64,000 nt of DNA, taken from the NCBI GenBank assembly GCA_964234715.1, contig OZ174275.1; one strand, given 5' to 3'. Shown here piece after piece: positions 24,308 through 36,515 of the stretch. This DNA is from Podarcis melisellensis (Eukaryota). Made by a program: the position numbers and the translations under genes. Within the stretch, counting starts at the first letter, position 1, and the number at the start of each line of letters is the position of its first letter. The notes beneath the pieces are model-generated. The model made no database searches. It had not been told where the DNA came from and saw nothing but the letters and a program-made list of their open reading frames with translations.

Positions 24308-26990
24308 CGTTCGTGGAGGAGGCACATGAAGAAGAGCCTCCAATGGTGTTTGCAGGGGGGCGGTCTGGGTCCCCCTCCCCACCCCTCAAGCTTGTGCTGA
24401 TGCTGCACCTAGTACCCTGGTGGGCACAGCTTGGTGAGACCAATTCCACCCTGCACACCCAACCAGGTTTCAGTGGCAAGATCAACCTCCGCACCCATAA
24501 TCAGATCATGGATGTGGGAGGTCTTACTCAGAGCCGAACTGGCATTCAGCTACAGCAGCCATAAACCAGAGGGCTAGCTTGATAGGACAACCACAATTCC
24601 CAAGTTGGGCTGGCCCACCAGTTATACAATTATTTTATACAATTACCTGTTATACAATTATTTTATTCTCCTCCTTATTTCTGTTGGCTTCCATGCTGAT
24701 ACTTGCTAGTTCAAACGGCAGTCCGGGGCTATTAGGGATGGCACTGGCCAAAGAGGGAGGAACTCTCCATAGCACTTGTTAAATCTTCCTTTAGGTGAAT
24801 CAGGCTTTCAGTTTAGCACTGAACTTCCGGCTCAGATGCGGACACAGTAGTGTTTGGCTATGATCTTATAGGATTATCACTTTACCCGGCATCAGTCTGT
24901 TGCAGAACTTGCTCTGTTGGGTAACAAGTTGCTGGCGAGCAGCTTTTTCAGTGGAGGAAGGGAAGGGTGGGGTTTTGCCCTCCAGGGCCATCAGTGCTTT
25001 TTAGGATATGCTATTGGTAATTGTTGGGACATCGGAGTCATTTTAGCTTGAAGCTATAAGTGACCATCAGAGGAGTTCGTTGTTTAAAAGCAACAACACC
25101 ATGTTTGTTCAGTTTTATAACTGTGCAAAGAGTTCAGGTTTCAGGACATATGACTGTGTACACATATTGTGCAGAGAAGTAAATTTTAAACTAACCAGAA
25201 CAAAGAGAGAACTATAAATTGACTCAAACAATTTGTAGCCCATGCATTTTGAGTAGAATTTAGAGAAATACATAAATATATGCTATAACGCTCTATAAGG
25301 GACCTATAAACATACCCCTTCACTCTGATTGGAACAAATCATGACACGCACCCAGTATGTACTTATAGGAAGAGTTAATATCTAAAATTTCCAGGAATAT
25401 TCTCTTCAAGGAATCGGGTATTCTCTTGGCCTTACTGTTGGATCTGCCTGGGCCACAATCTGATGCTGCAGTGCTGATCTTGCATAAAAATCAAGAAACC
25501 TTTCAATGTAAGGGGTGGTCTGTTTTGGTTGAAGTAAGCTTTCAGGTGTCTGGATAAAAATTAAGGAGAGCACTAAAATATGAAATCTCCAAAAGGGCAG
25601 TAGTACCTTAGATACTAGTTGGTGTAATCTCACCACGACGGTGGTGTTCAAATATCTGCCCAGTCCCTGAGAGATGAAGATCCCGTGGTTAAGAGTGGAC
25701 TTCAAACCATTTGTCTTGTGCCAAGGAAGAAACATTCAGGAGCTGAACAGATAATTAACACCAGCTGCCTCTTTCATCCTGTGATCTTCATCTCTCAAGA
25801 AGAGGGAGGATGAGAGCGGAGCTGGCCGCTGGTCCCCCACACGTGGTACATTGCTTGGATTGTTCTTAATTCTACAGTGAATTGTTGTTTCGTATTTTCT
25901 TTTATTGCATTGCTTTGATGTTATTTTAATGTGAGCCTGTATATAATGTGAGCCTGTGGCACAATGGGCTGGTGCACCTGGCTCTTAACCAGAAGGTTGG
26001 TGGTTTGAGCAGGATGGCTGTGGGCAGGATTCCTGCATTTTAGGGGTTGGACTAGATGACCCTCAGGGTCCCTTCCAGCCCTACGATTCTATGAAATATT
26101 GTAAACAAAAAAAATAGTTCGTATTTTGGCATCGAAGTATGGAGGCTGGGGGGCCTGACACCCCCCTCCGTTTGGCTGGACAAGGGAGCAAGTAAAAGTT
26201 GCTGTACAACTGAAAGTGCATCAAACACCCCATTAACTGACTTTTTTTTTTAGTCTTTCAAAGCTTTGTAGGAAGCAGCTTACCTAATTGCAAATGTTGC
26301 ACTAAGTTTAGTAAGAAGCCGAATCTATCAATACATTTTCTTTGCTCAGTAGAATGCGGCATATTCCGAGGGACCTTAATGGCGCTGCAGTTGTTGGCGC
26401 TTTGTTTGGTTCGTGTTCTCTATAAAGGCAAATTGTCAAATGTATTAATAGCAATCCTTTGAAGTTGGGGCTCCAGCCCTGGCTTAATCATCTATTTATG
26501 TGCAACAGGAATCCTTCTGGTCTGAACAGGGATGGGTGTATTGAAAGCATGTACCAAAGTGGCCTCCCAATTAGGCTGTTTGCCTCCCTCTCTTTTTGAA
26601 GTAAGTACCATCATCTGGGAATATTAGCTTTCTTTATTGTCTTCGGCGCAGTTTTTGTTTTACTTGAGTGTTCCTTGGCTGCATGTTTGGAATAAAAAAT
26701 GCGGCAGGGTATCTTTATTGATCTTACAGTATAGCTCGATACGTCGAAGCAGCTTAACCGCCCTGGGAATCTTGCTGGCTTTTGCCGGGTGCATATTTGA
26801 GGGGAAAACAACAACTCAGAAGTTAGCATAAGTACTATGAGATTCAAAAGGAATCGGAAGGTTTTTCTTGAGGCATTTAGCATTTTTGTTACAGCTTATA
26901 TCAAGGTCTCTAAAAGGCTTCCTCACAACTTAGACAAACTTTTTGTCAAGCTGTTGACACTACCCAAGAAGAAACAAGGCTTAGAAAATA

Positions 26991-27235
26991 CAGTGGTACC
27001 TCAGGTTACATACGCTTCAGGTTACGTACGCTACAGGTTACAGACTCCGCTAACCCAGAAATAGTGCTTTAGGTTAAGTACTTTGCTTCAGGATAAGAAC
27101 AGAAATTGGGCTCCGGCGGCGCAGCAGCAACAACAGGAGGCCCCATTAGCTAAAGTGGTGCTTCAGGTTAAGAACAGTTTCAGGTTAAGTACGGACCTCC
27201 AGAACGAATTAAGTACTTAACCTGAGGTACCACTG
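26991..27235. mobile_element. Tc1/mariner-type MITE, opposite orientation to 8782
   Basis: CAGTGGTACCTC inverted repeats, TA flanks. Confidence 0.85.
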
Positions 27236-27821
27236 TAAACAAACTATGGTAGACATGATGCTTAACCATGGTTCGTGCTAACCACGGTTGTTCCCCCTTA
27301 ATCATGGTTAAGATCCTAGACCTGGTTCACAAAGCCTAACCACAGCTTAGCACAGACATGTGAACATGTGGCAGAGGTGTGAACCTCAGGTCTGGGGCCC
27401 CATATGTTGTCCAACATGTCTGTCTATCTGGCCCTCAAGACATCCACACATCCTCCCCTCTCCACAAGTTATACCACTCCCTAGGAGGCAAATCACAAGC
27501 TCAGTTTTGGATGACACACGAAGCCCAAACCATAGTGTAACTTATCTCAGTAGCAAAGCTACTCCTTTGTCAGAGCCTGCATATTCACACTAAGCTATGA
27601 TCAGGTGTAGTGTTGTGTACGAACTTACAGTGAAACTAAGCCTAAGGAAAGCAAACCATGTAACAGCACGGAGACCCCCTTACTTTGCTAAATTCACAAG
27701 AAGTCATTTGGTATCTTTCCTACCTCATTGGATGGTATTTGTCTGTCAGTCAAGGATGCTTTAGCTGAGATTCCTGCATTGCAGGGGCCTGGATTAGTTA
27801 ACCCTTAGGGTCCCTTCCAAC

Positions 27822-27875
<54 letters not shown>
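27822..27875. repeat. (TTA)n microsatellite
   Basis: Seen directly. Similar runs near 5562, 19153, 19543, 35547 and 39347 are LINE tails. Confidence 0.95.
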
Positions 27876-27879
<4 letters not shown>

Positions 27880-29883
27880 CCCTATATCTGGAGGTCTCAG
27901 GGAGGTCCACAGAAAATATAAAACCACAAAATATATAATCAAAATAAAAACAACAACCCAATAACCCCCCTCTCAAAAACCCCCCACATTTTAAAAGGGT
28001 CAATCAAATCAACCAAAGGCCTGGTCAAAAAGGAACGTTTTTGCCTTTTGCCTAAAGGTGTATACAGTTCTATGATTCTATAAACTAGCATTCCTGCCCC
28101 CCCCCAAAAAAATTCAAACAAGCCCAATGAATTTTAATTTAATACATTTACTGTACAGCTAAAGTTTGGGTGGAGGTTGTTTTTTAAAAAACACCTATCA
28201 TAATTCATATAGAAAAATAAGGCTTTATTTACAAACTTGGCTGAAATGTTTTCTGATTCTACATCTCCATGTTCCAGGGAGCTATTTTTTTCTTTATTTC
28301 CGTGCTTATTACATACAAAAAAAGGGAACAATACTGAAAAGGGGATACAACTTAAGAGGGGAGGGGAAAAAAAAGAGATTTACACAATCTGTTATCAGGA
28401 TAAAAATTATGACAAAAATGTATGATTACAATTTCATGTTACAATAAAAGTAAAAAAAATCTCATTATCTTTTATGCCCGACTTCCCATTTATTCCTTAA
28501 TTCCTTTTACATAAATTTATTGTCATATCAAAATACTATTTTTTATGTTAATATTTTCACAATTTATAAATGTTTATATTTATAGAAGCAATTAATAAAA
28601 ACCACTGGGATCACTCAGAAGCTGCTACAGATTTTAACATGGTATAATTTTGTTTAAGATATGTTCTGAAGGCCTCCCATCCAGGGAGCCATTTTTTCTC
28701 CGCATCCAGACATCTGGCAAGTTGAATTCTTCTGCTGAAATGCAAGGTTTGGTTGTGATCAGGTCAAAGACGGATTGCCTATCCTACTTTTGTTTTTAGA
28801 ATCATCTCACTTATCCCCAACTATAAATGAACACTAAATGCTGATGGCAGCGAGGAGAGAGCAAAGCTGGATGCAGAATTTTAGTGGTGTGAAGATCAAT
28901 GAAATATCTTGTTTCCACACCCTTAAGGTTATTTATATACACCGTATCTAAGAGTTCACAAAGTGAGACGTCCCCCCCCATCTCAGCTACAGTGATATAT
29001 TTTTTTATAAGGATTGTGGGCAAATTGAATTTGACTTTTAAAAAAATAAAACTTAAAAAAATAAAATAAATTAGATTAAAAATAAATAAATTGCAAATAC
29101 TGCAACTAGGCCAGTGTTAAATAAATTTAATTTAAGCATGTTGGGCCTACAGTTAATCTCTAAATTAAATCAATGCCTCCACCAGATGCATTGAATTAAA
29201 GAAGGCTTGATCATTTCTCAAATATGATTACACTCTACCTGCCAAAAATAAGCATTTCATTTTCGTCTCAAGAAAATAATCTGCTGTAGGTTGCCATTAA
29301 GTCACAGACTTTGTTTCTACCTGTCCTCTACGGACCTTTTTACTAAGTTTTTGTGAGATTCCAGAATTCCCATTCATCACCTCACAAACTTCCATGGCTG
29401 ATCTATTAATATTTTAAAGCCATTTCCTTTTCTAGGAGAAAATAATCTCCGGGTTGTGGCTTCAAGCCCCACGTTGGGCAAAAGATTCCCGCATTGCAGG
29501 CAGGGGGATGGACTAGATGATCCTTGTGGTCGCTTCCAACTCTACAATTCTAGGATTCTGTGGCAAAATATATGCATTGATGCAATGAGATGCAAGCCCT
29601 GGTTAAGAAGGAAACAACAATGTAAATCATACTTGGTTTAGTTGCAGATAAACATGATTTAATGATCAAATTTGCACTGTTTAGGAAATATGTGAAGAGG
29701 TTGCAATGGAAAACTTGATTTAAAATGTTTTTTTCCTGGCTGATTTAAATCAATCCACCCTGATAGGCTCTCCCTCGTGCCTCATTCATTTTCAACTGTA
29801 CTTAATCATTCTGTTTCTCACACAAACAAGACACTGTGAGTTACGCTGAATAAGAGATATGTGCTAAACTTTAGTTTGGCATA

Positions 29884-29984
29884 CAGTGGTACCTCGGGTT
29901 AAGAACTTAATTCATTCTGGAGGTCCGTTCTTAACCTGAAACTGTTCTTAACCTGAAGCACCACTTCAGTTAATGGGGCCTCCT
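29884..29984. mobile_element. Truncated Tc1/mariner-type MITE
   Basis: One CAGTGGTACCTC terminus plus body. Confidence 0.75.
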
Positions 29985-31150
29985 GGAGTAAATAAGCTTG
30001 ATAGCTGATGAATTTGCACCAGATTGAAAGACAAATTAGTCAAGACACAAAGGCCACCTTACATTGAGGTGTAGAGTGAACTTTGTGCAGAGATGAGTGG
30101 ATGAACCTGTGTTGGATAGGCTGGTCCCAACCGCACAAGTAATCCAGGCATTGTCTTGTGTGGGGGGAGAAGGGAGGACCAGTGATAAAACATGCTGTCC
30201 CAAAATTAAGACCCTGGTACTCCAGTAAAGATACCAGGGTCACATTCTGCATATGCTTGAGCAGTCAGTTTTCTGGAGCCAGCTCTGTTGTATGTTGGCA
30301 GAGTTTTTTCTTTCTTTCTTCATTTAAGTGTATCCTGGCACCATGGAGCAGATAAATTCAATTATACTGGATGGCCCAATCTACCTTGAAAGTACTATGC
30401 TATTCCAGGACTGAGTCTCCAGTCTGTGTGCTAATTGCAGATAATTGTTGTTTGTAGACCATTTGAATGCGTTAGTGACTCAGCATGAAACCAGCTTCAT
30501 GAAACTTCAGCAAGCTTTTAAGGAGAGGGTTGAGTAACATTTATTTGTTGTTGTGTTTCTTCTAAAGTCCAAGGGCATCTTTATAATATTAATAATAATA
30601 ATTTATATGCCACCCATCGGACTGGGTTGCCCCAGCCACCCTGGGCGGTTCCCAGCAAAGCATTAGAAATGCAATAAAACATCAAGCATTTAAGAACTTC
30701 CCTGTATTATTATCATTATTATGGGTACTTATAAAACTGTAACGCAGGAGTTGACAACATGGTGCTCGCGGGCACAGTGGTGCCTTTGAGGACTTCCCCT
30801 AGTGCCCACAAAGCCATGGCCAGGAGGTTGTGAAGGTGGTTGTCTTTTTCTCCCTTGAAAAGGCAACCTTTCAGCACTATGCGTTTTTCAAGCTTTGATC
30901 AATTCTGGATGCTACTCTTACCCAGATCCCTTAGAAAAGTAAATTGGGTGTGGAAACACTATTTCTCTCTCCTTGCCTCCTGTGTATGTCACTGTTCTGG
31001 GGGACACTGAAGACACCCAATGGCACCCACTCAAAAATCCAAACATTGGCAACTCAGCAGGCATCCTTGCTGCTAACTCTAAGGTGCTTCTTAAAGGCTT
31101 TTTTTAAAAGAACTGTAGAGTTGGAAGGAACCCCCAAGGTTCACCTAGTC

Positions 31151-31580
31151 TTGTTGTTTAGTCGTTTAGTCGTGTCTGACTCTTTGAGACCCCATGGACC
31201 AGAGTACGTCAGGCACTCCTGTCTTCCACGGCCTCCCGCAGTTTGGTCAAACTCATGTTCATAGCTACGAGAACACTGTCCAACCATCTCGTCCTCTGTC
31301 GTCCCCTTCTCCTTGTGCCCTCCATCTTTCCCAACATCAGGGTCTTTTTCAGGGAGTTTTCTCTTTTCATGAGGTGGCCAAAGTATTGGAGCTTCAGGAC
31401 CTGTCCTTCCAGTGAGCACTCAGGGCTCAAGAGTCTCCTCCAGCACCATAATTCAAAAGCATCAATTCTTCGGTGATCAGCTTTCTTTATGGTCCAGCTC
31501 TCACTTCCATACATCACTACTGGGAAAACCATGGCTTTAACTATACGGACCTTTGTTGGCAAGGTGATGTCTCTGCTTTT
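31151..31580 (-). mobile_element. BovB LINE 3' fragment
   Basis: KVRIVKAMVFPVVMYGSESWTIKKADHRRIDAFELWCWRRLL...RWLDSV with a (CAA)-type tail. Confidence 0.9.
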
Positions 31581-31590
31581 TAGTCTAGTC

Positions 31591-31732
31591 TAGGCATGTC
31601 CAACTTCCAAGAGACTGCGATCTACTCCCACTAAAAAAACTGGCAGGTGTTTTTTTTAGGGAGGCAGACTTGTTGAGCATGGACGTCCCGCGACTGACTG
31701 GTAGATCACGATTGACCTGTTGGACATGCCTG
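31591..31732. mobile_element. hAT-type MITE
   Basis: Inverted repeats (T/C)AGGCATGTCCAAC...GTTGGACATGCCTG. Imperfect 8-bp TSD gtctagtc/acctagtc. Confidence 0.75.
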
Positions 31733-33059
31733 ACCTAGTCCACTCCCCCTGCAATGCAGAAATTGCAGGTATAGAATCCATGACAGGTGCCCATGCAACT
31801 GCTTAGAACCTTCCAGTGAAGAGGAGTCCATCTCCCTCTGAGGAATTTCTTTCCACTGTCGAGCAGCTCTTCCCATCAGAAAGTTCTTCCTAATGTTTAG
31901 TTAGAATGTCCTTTCTTGTAATTTCAGTCCATTGGTTCGGGTCCCTCTGGAGCAGCAGAAAACAAGCTCGCTCCATTTTCCATGTGACACCCTTCAGATA
32001 TTTGAAGATAACTTCAGAGTTTTCCTGCTGATAACTCTCTTGTTCTGCTTGTGCCAAAGCCTGATTATTTCCCAGAGACTTGATTTGAGAAAGGAGTTAG
32101 GATTCATTATGCTTTTCGGTGACTGTATCCTTCAGAAACAACACACTTTAAAAACATTTGTTGACATTTCCTTTGATTCTGTGTATCTTTCACAGAACAG
32201 TACTGTATGTGTTAAAGCGGGTGTATGTGCTTTTTCTCCCTCTCCAACCCTTTGTGGAGGAAGGTGGGCAATCTTTCCAGGGCGGCACTTTGAAGCTATC
32301 TGATTAGATGGCTTTAGCCAGGAATTTTAGAGAAATGTTTGCTTTTTAAATAAGAGATTTGCCTTAATCGGATGCTATAAATTGCAAACAAGAAGGAATG
32401 ATTTGTGGCTTATAATTAGGTACGAGTGAAAGATAATCTCAAAACAAAGTCCAAGTTCTGTTGATTTCCAGATGGTTGCGGGTATTTTTCTTTTAATGTG
32501 CTGCATACCACATGCAGGTAGAAATATCTTTTTCAACCATTTCTTTTACTTCACAGTTACTGTTTAAAAACTACCCACTCCCCTGTTCTGTGTTTTTGTG
32601 TGTTTGCCAGCAAGAGGTTTTTAATGTTATCTGATAGAGTTGGGGGGGAGGGATTATGGCTATGCCATCGAAATGCTTTCAAGAGAGGAAGTGCTTGCAA
32701 TGAATCTTGCATCACCTTTGGATAATTACAATCCCTGTAGAATATTCCTGGAAATGAATGGTTAGTGTATGTTTTTCCTTTTCGTCTTTTCCCTCGTTAT
32801 ATTCTTTTTGTGAGGCCTGGGTTTTGTTTTATTTTTTAAAAAACACAAATATTGGTTAACTTTGTCAGGAGGTTAAAAGCACTAATGTGGTTAATATTGC
32901 ACTTAAGATTGCTCTGCTATAATTCAGGGAGCACAATTTGTTCCTTGATTTTTAGAAATTTAGTATCTCGTTACATACAGTTTTAAATGATTGAATTCTC
33001 CACACGGTTTTACAGTTGGGCTATTTCATTATGTATACAAGCCTTCACAAACCTGGTGC

Positions 33060-33745
33060 TCTGCAGAGGGTTTGAGGACCAGGATGTTTGCAGGGAAACC
33101 AAAATGCTTGTTTACAAAACTACTGCACTACCAACCTTACTGTATGCTTGTGAAACATGGACCCCTTATGAACAGCATCTCCAACTTCTTGAAAGAGTCC
33201 ATCAACCGTGTGTCCAAAGGTTTTTACACATCACCTGCGAAGACAGGCAAACTAATGCCAGTGTATTGGAAGAAGCAAAGATCTCCAGTGTTGAAGCAAT
33301 GATTCTTCAGCATCAACTTTGTTGGACTGCTCATGTTGTTTGAATGCCTAATTATTGTCTTCCAAAGCAACTACTCTATTCCGAACTTAAAAATGGAAAG
33401 CATAATGCTGGTGGTCAACAAAAGAGGTTTTAAAGACTGTCTCAAGGCAAATCTAAAAAAATGTAGTATAAACACTGACAACTGGGAAACACTGGCCTGC
33501 AAGTGCTCCAACTGAAGAACAGCTTTTACCAAAGGTGCCATGGACTTTGAAGACGCTATAACTGAGGACGAAAGGGAGAAACGTTCTAAGAGGAAGGCCC
33601 CTTTTTTCAAACCCTCACCCTGATCAACTCCCACCCAGAAACCTATGTCCCCACTGTGGAAGGACGTGTGGATCCAGAATTGGCCTCCACAGTCACTCAC
33701 CGACTCACTATTAAGACCGTGTTCATGGAAGATAATCTTACCCAG
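33060..33745 (+). mobile_element. RTE-clade LINE (non-BovB) 3' fragment
   Basis: PTLLYACETWT...DRQTNASVLEEA...QLCWTAHVV and LPKQLLYSEL...GGQQKRFKD, with stops and frameshifts. Confidence 0.85.
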
Positions 33746-34601
33746 AAGAAATCTCTGCAGATGTTCTGGTCATTCTCAACCAGCGCAACTGGAGCTGTAG
33801 TCCAAATATGGAGGCCACCATATTGGAGTAGGACAACCTGTAACCATTTGCTGGAGCTTCAGCATACCTTCTTAGGGTCAGTGCTGGCATAAGAAACACA
33901 ACTAAGAGATTGAGAGCGGACCCCCAGTCATGGTTAAGTTGGGCAGAAGGGGGCTGTGGAAGGAGTGTGTGATTCCATGGCCCATGCCAAACCTTCTCTT
34001 AACCAAGCATTGATTTGTGCCAGCCCTTTATGTCTCAGTGGCCCCACTTATAGCCAAGACTTAAATTGTGCTGGTAACACAGATTGTAGTGATAGGCTAT
34101 TTCCGTAAGTCTTAGAAAGGGGTACCTAAGAATGTTCCCCAGAGAAAATGTTGCATTGCAGTGTTGCTCTGGAGCCCATGACCTGCTTTGTGTACCTGCT
34201 GCCCCCAGTGGGTGTTGCTTGCACTGGCCTCCTTGTTGCTTGGCAGTGTTGCCCATCCACATGCATGCATGTATGGTATTGGAAGGAAAGATGGGACTGG
34301 TCCGTAGCTGCCATCATGAGCAGCAAAGTATGGTGCAGGGTCAGGGGAATAGGAAAGAGGTGAGTGGTTTAGCACTTGGGTGAGCTGGCTGTGATTTGCA
34401 GATCTCTCGTTGAGAAGCAAGAGAATATAGAACTCCATTATAAGAATGCTTGACAGAAAACACTTTTTCATTGGAAAATCCAATTCTTCCTAGCTGCCAT
34501 TATGCTGTTAAATGAACAGGTGGAATAAGGGGTTCACATAGTATAACAGTGGTTTGCACTATTCAAGATTAAGATCTCTCCCTCCCTCTCTCTGACTCTT
34601 A

Positions 34602-34965
34602 AAGGTAAAGGTAAAGGTACCCCTGCCCGTACAGGCCAGTCTTGACAGACTCTGGGGTTGTGCGCCCATCTCACTTAAGAGGCCAGGGGCCAGCGCTGTC
34701 CGGAGACACTTCCGGGTCACGTGGCCAGCGTGACATCGCTGCTCTGGCGAGCCAGAGCCGCACACGGAAACGCCGTTTACCTTCCCGCTGGTAATCGGTC
34801 CCTATTTATCTACTTGCACCCGGAGGTGCTTTCGAACTGCTAGGTTGGCAGGCGCTGGGACTGAGCAGCGGGAGCGCACCCCGCCGCAGGGATTCGAACC
34901 GCCGACCTTTCGATCGGCAAGTCCTAGGCGCTGAGGCTTTAACCCACAGCGCCACCTGCGTCCCC
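34602..34965 (-). mobile_element. Sauria SINE, young
   Basis: Full length. 14-bp perfect TSD CTCTCTGACTCTTA at 34588-34601 and 34966-34979. Confidence 0.92.
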
Positions 34966-35214
34966 CTCTCTGACTCTTAGAAAAGCACAAATTGGAGAAC
35001 CTAGAGCTAGGAATAAGGAATTACCAGAATAAGCTTGTCTGCTCTTAGGGGGATTAGAAAGACTTTTGGTAGATGGCATGGATTGCATGTCCATTCATGC
35101 TCAAACTAGATGTGATGGCAGCAGAACTGTTTTATTTAAGTCTTGGCCTGACCTCATCAAGCATAAAGCAGGGTGGAGATGGGGGGGAATGTGTCTGGTT
35201 AGTAGAGAAAGAGG

Positions 35215-35545
35215 AATATACCTGAAGGAGCATCTCCACCCCCATCGTTCTGCCTGGACGCTGAGGTCCAGCGCCGAGGGCCTTCTGGCGGTTCCCTCAT
35301 TGCGAGAAGCAAAGCTACAGGGAACCAGGCAGAGGGCCTTCTCGGTAGTGGCGCCTGCCCTGTGGAACGCCTTCCCATCAGATGTCAAAGTGATAAACAA
35401 CTACCTGACATTCAGAAGACATCTCAAGGCAGCCCTGTTCAGGAAAGTTTTTAATGTGTGATATTTTAGTGTATTTTTGGTTTCTATGGAAGCCGCCCAG
35501 AGTGGCTGTGGAAACCCAGCCAGATGGGCGGGGTACAAATAATAA

Positions 35546-35593
<48 letters not shown>
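35215..35593 (+). mobile_element. L2 LINE 3' fragment
   Basis: YLKEHLHPH...RAFSVVAPALWNAFP, with (TTA)n tail. Confidence 0.85.
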
Positions 35594-35594
<1 letters not shown>

Positions 35595-35938
35595 GTGTGG
35601 GGAGCTGAACCCTTGCTATGCCACTCCCTTACCTTTCCATGCCCTCCCTTTGTTTTTTAAAAAAGCTGGCCCTAAAAAAATTCCTCCCACTTCCATCTTA
35701 TACATATTTGCCGCATACGGTACCTATGTTTAAACCCCAGGCCTGGGGCTAAATGCAGCCCTCCAGGCCTCTCAGTCTGCCCCCTGGGAACCTCCCCAGA
35801 GTCTAGACCATTTCTCTTCTTCAGGGCTTGCCCTTCACCAATGTAGTTCTACACCCTCCACAGCGGTTTTTGCCTGTTTGGAATGTGTCCTTCAACTGCA
35901 ATAATGTATTTTCCTGGCCTGGATGAAGATATGCATGT

Positions 35939-36515
35939 TGTCAGGAGCGAACCAGCAATAAATCACCCAGAGTAAGTGAAGCTAACTCTTCATTAGAAGA
36001 AACAGGATCGGCTCAGGAGCACCATGCCCAATGAGCACAGCAATTCTTCGGTAGATCTTGGCCTGCTGAGGCAGTTGTGGAGACTGAAGGTATCTGCCTT
36101 CCCACAGCTGCCTAGGTCTCTTCCTCTCCAGGGTTTTCCCCAACAATCTGAGACTACACTGGTGTCTTTGCCTTTGCTTCGCCCACTTCATGCCTCTCCT
36201 GGTTCTGGGAGACCAGAGGGGAGGGGAGCTTGTTGCAGCAGGAGACCCCCTGTGCTTCTTCACCAGCCTAACCCATCTCTGCCCCTTAGCCTCCCTCCTT
36301 TCCTACTTCAGCTTCTGCCTCTTATTCTGGACATCTCTCTGCCACAGACATTTCCAGCCCACTGAGCCCTGTTATCTCTTCAGCTTATGACATCTCCCAG
36401 TCTTTTCCCTCTTTTCCTTCTGACCACTCATTGTTGTCCCACTACCAATCCCTGGGCTCGGAGCCTTCTTTCCTTGGAGAGTCCCCAGGTTGGTACCTCC
36501 AACCAATCCATGACA
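35939..36515 (-). mobile_element. Solo LTR-like element copy B (complete termini)
   Basis: TGTCA...TGACA termini with perfect 5-bp TSD CATGT (35934-35938, 36516-36520). Confidence 0.85.

Larger units (their letters stand above)
31105..32010 (-). mobile_element. CR1 3' fragment interrupted by BovB and a hAT MITE
   Basis: agagttggaagg...ctagtc, resuming at 31735 as ctagtccactccccctgcaatgcag; reverse complement of the CR1 at 340-745. Confidence 0.75.

Noticed and set aside
23883-24564. ORFs spanning the N run (also 48795-49192)
   Set aside because: Artefacts of assembly gaps.
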